From NCBI RefSeq assembly GCF_000372725.1, contig NW_005201240.1, positions 104,240 to 136,673 of the forward strand: 32,434 nt of DNA. The letters are read 5' to 3'. Positions 30,155-32,434 of this stretch are shown here, piece after piece (position 1 is the stretch's first letter; each line of letters begins with the position of its first letter). This stretch comes from Emiliania huxleyi CCMP1516. Taxonomy: Eukaryota. Under the pieces are notes generated by a model. The model was not told where the DNA came from, did no database searches, and was given only the letters and a program-made list of their open reading frames with translations. The translations under genes and the position numbers were made by a program.

Positions 30155-31142
30155 TCACCCATCCTCAGGCTCCACCGCGTCTGTCGGGCGAAGCAGCTCG
30201 AGAGCACGCTCCTCGTCTAGCGAGGGGCTTCCGGGTGCCTCGCCTCCGCTAGCACCGCTCTCTCCCCGCCCGCGAGCCAGCCGGGCGACACCAGCAAGCA
30301 CCTGCAGGCGTCAGGCCCGGAGGTTTTCACGTGCAAGGCGGCGCCCAGGAGAGGCGCGGTCGGCGAACCTTGCTGCCCCACCACACGTTGAGCGAGTTGA
30401 GAGCGAGGTTGGCGGCCATAGTGACAAAGACAACGTGCGGTCGCAACCGAGGGTCGCCGGCGCGGAGGAGGGCGATGGAGTCGCTCCACCAAAACACCGA
30501 CCCCGGCATGCCAAAGCCCCACCTGCGTGGCGGAGGCTTTGTGGGAGAAACGACTCTTCGGGACGTTCTGTGACGAGGCACGCACCGGATGATGAGGAAG
30601 GCGGCGGCAAAGCCCACGTTAGCGCAGCTGAAGGTGCGTGTGTGGGTTAAGCGACACGCAATAAGCTGCGAGCGGAGGTTGAGCAGAGGCGTCGAGGCCT
30701 CCCAGCAGAGGAAGAAGCAGGCAGCCCGCTGCTGGAAGGGCTGAAGCGCGTGCCAATAAATGAAGAGTCCCGCAGACGCGTGTAACACAAATGGCCAGCC
30801 CTGACAGGCGGCGGTGCAGAAGAACACGTCCCACACAAAGAAGGCCGCTGCGATGGCACAGGCCAGGCTGGCGCGGTCAGAAGTGCCGAAGGCCTCGTCG
30901 GCAGCCAGCGCATCGCCCGGCCAAAGATACTCTGGCAGCGCGACGAAAACTATCCCCGTCGCGAACAGAGAGCCCACCACGCGCCCGTGCCAGTCTCTCT
31001 GCTCTGACGGCGAGAGAGGCCTGTAGTGCGTGGCAAAAAGGCGCGGTGCAACGAGGATGGACGCCACGTGCAAGCCGCAGAAGAGCAACACGAACTTGCC
31101 GACGAGGTGTATAGTGGAGGAGACTGGTAGAGGTCGCTCCAT
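30155..31142 (-). CDS. TLC (TRAM/LAG1/CLN8) domain membrane protein, TMEM56-like, 3 exons
   Basis: DWHGRVVG, FFVWD, FVLH, WEASTPLLNLR, FAAAFLIIR|WGFG and LNSLNVWWGSK| motifs; two GT-AG introns; last exon 30301-30155. Confidence 0.85.
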
Positions 31143-31919
31143 GGTCCGGCAAGAGGAAAAGATATCTGTCTCGGTGTGTCTGCGTGTGTGTGCGACGGCG
31201 CTTCACTTGAATGGCGTTCGCTTCGGCCGGCCTGCCGCCGCCGGCGCTCAACGCTGCCGCTGCCGAGGGCGCGGCGCGCGGCCGCGACGGCGCGCAAGAG
31301 GCCGATGATGGCCAGAGACTCGGCGTGAAGCGCCGCCTCGACGGCGAGCTCGCGAGCGCGCGCGTCAGCAGACGCGAGCGCGCGAGTGTTGAACCGGACG
31401 CTCCATAGCAACACTCAAGATACACTCCAAGGGGGGTACACGTTTTCTTTTCGGGTTTCGTGGGTTCCAGTGCACACTTGGAACCGACGAAACCGAAGAG
31501 GGTTCGGGCCCCGGGGTGGTTTTATTGCGCGAGCGCCGCACCGATGCCCACAGGCTCCGGCTAATGGCTTATTTTGGGGGGGGGGGGGGTGAGGAGGGGC
31601 GGGGGTGTGTCATCGTGATTAGTGTTGTGTTGCGTCGTCAAGCATGGCGTCAAGACACGAGAGCGGTCGTAAGCGCGCGCGCTCGCGCGCGCGCTTCAGC
31701 GCTGCGGGGCTTCGCGCGTGCCCGCGTCGGTAGTCGGTGTGTTTTTGTGGATTGTGCGCACAGCGAACTGCGTTACTCATACTGCGATGTTCTTGCCATA
31801 GCAGTACGAATATGCCTCACGAACGACACAGAGACACTGCACTTTATAACACGTAACACCCCCGCGAACACAACGGCAGCGGCGGCTCTGTCACAGTTCA
31901 CAGATGTGAGATTGGCGAT

Positions 31920-32282
31920 TTAGCAACTGTCAGAATCGCTGTCGAGCGGCTGCGAGTCCGGGGACAGGTCTGCCTCGTCGCAGAGCGGGGGCAGTCGCTT
32001 CGCCTCGCCGTCCTGAATGATCGTCGCCTCGGCGTGCCGGTCCTCGGGCGCCCTGTACTCAAAGCCGAGCGCGGCGAAGATGTCCGCCTCGCTCTCGGCG
32101 GGCACGATGTTGCGCGTTCCTCGAACCTCCTCTCCGCGCGAGTTGATGCCGCCGCGGTTCGCGAGGCCGTGGTCGGAGAGGGAGTACCCCATCTTCTTCG
32201 CGTAGAAGCGCATGCTCCGGTTGAAGTGGTCGTTGCCCGTGAAGTAGAGCAGCGCGTACGCAAACTCCTCCCTCGGGTAGAC
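31920..32282 (-). CDS. Family X DNA polymerase (lambda-like), final exon
   Basis: VYPREEFAYALLYFTGNDHFNRSMRFYAKKMGYSLSDHGL...SEADIFAALGFEYRAPEDR is the PolX C-terminal (thumb) signature. The gene continues beyond the window end. Confidence 0.9.
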   Translation of the reverse strand, partial: VYPREEFAYALLYFTGNDHFNRSMRFYAKKMGYSLSDHGLANRGGINSRGEEVRGTRNIVPAESEADIFAALGFEYRAPEDRHAEATIIQDGEAKRLPPLCDEADLSPDSQPLDSDSDSC

Positions 32283-32434
32283 CTTGGGCGGGGGGGGGGG
32301 GGGGTAACCCCTTCCGCCTGGGCCCTGGACCAAGACGAGAGCATGGCAGGGGCCCTCACCCTTGAGGACAACCCCCCGTGTGAGGCGTAACCCTCGAGCC
32401 GCCCGATGTCCATTTCCGAGAAGCTCTCGCCCAT

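Noticed and set aside
31200..31425. Ala/Arg-rich minus-strand frame upstream of the TLC gene
   Set aside because: No ATG or recognisable motif; it could be UTR or a remnant.

Overview
GC-rich eukaryotic genomic scaffold with six N-gaps. The GC-AG introns, 10-11 nt intronic repeats, TTAGGG-type repeats, plastid-targeted SecA and flagellar gene are consistent with a haptophyte such as Emiliania/Gephyrocapsa huxleyi (inference). Recognisable genes: FkbM-like methyltransferase, SET-like fragment, WWE-domain protein, unknown multipass membrane protein, Cu/Zn-SOD-like protein, TPT-family transporter, PEX10, F-box/RCC1 protein, THOC5, CCDC151/ODA-docking-complex-like exon, nuclear SecA, TLC-domain protein and the 3' exon of a family-X DNA polymerase. 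Mobile DNA: a 734-bp MITE with TIRs and an 8-bp TSD, a DIRS/Ngaro-type RT-RNase H element with a hairpin-rich 3' region, and two copies of a LINE-like fragment. The most striking pattern is in the introns. Many begin with an 11-33 nt copy of the start of the next exon, which supplies the (mostly GC) donor, followed by simple or telomere-like filler. The clearest case is a THOC5 intron built from three copies of a 32-nt AG|GT-containing exon segment separated by (TTAGGG)n. This suggests intron birth by local duplication plus telomere-type fill-in. All gene models were read by eye and need RNA confirmation.
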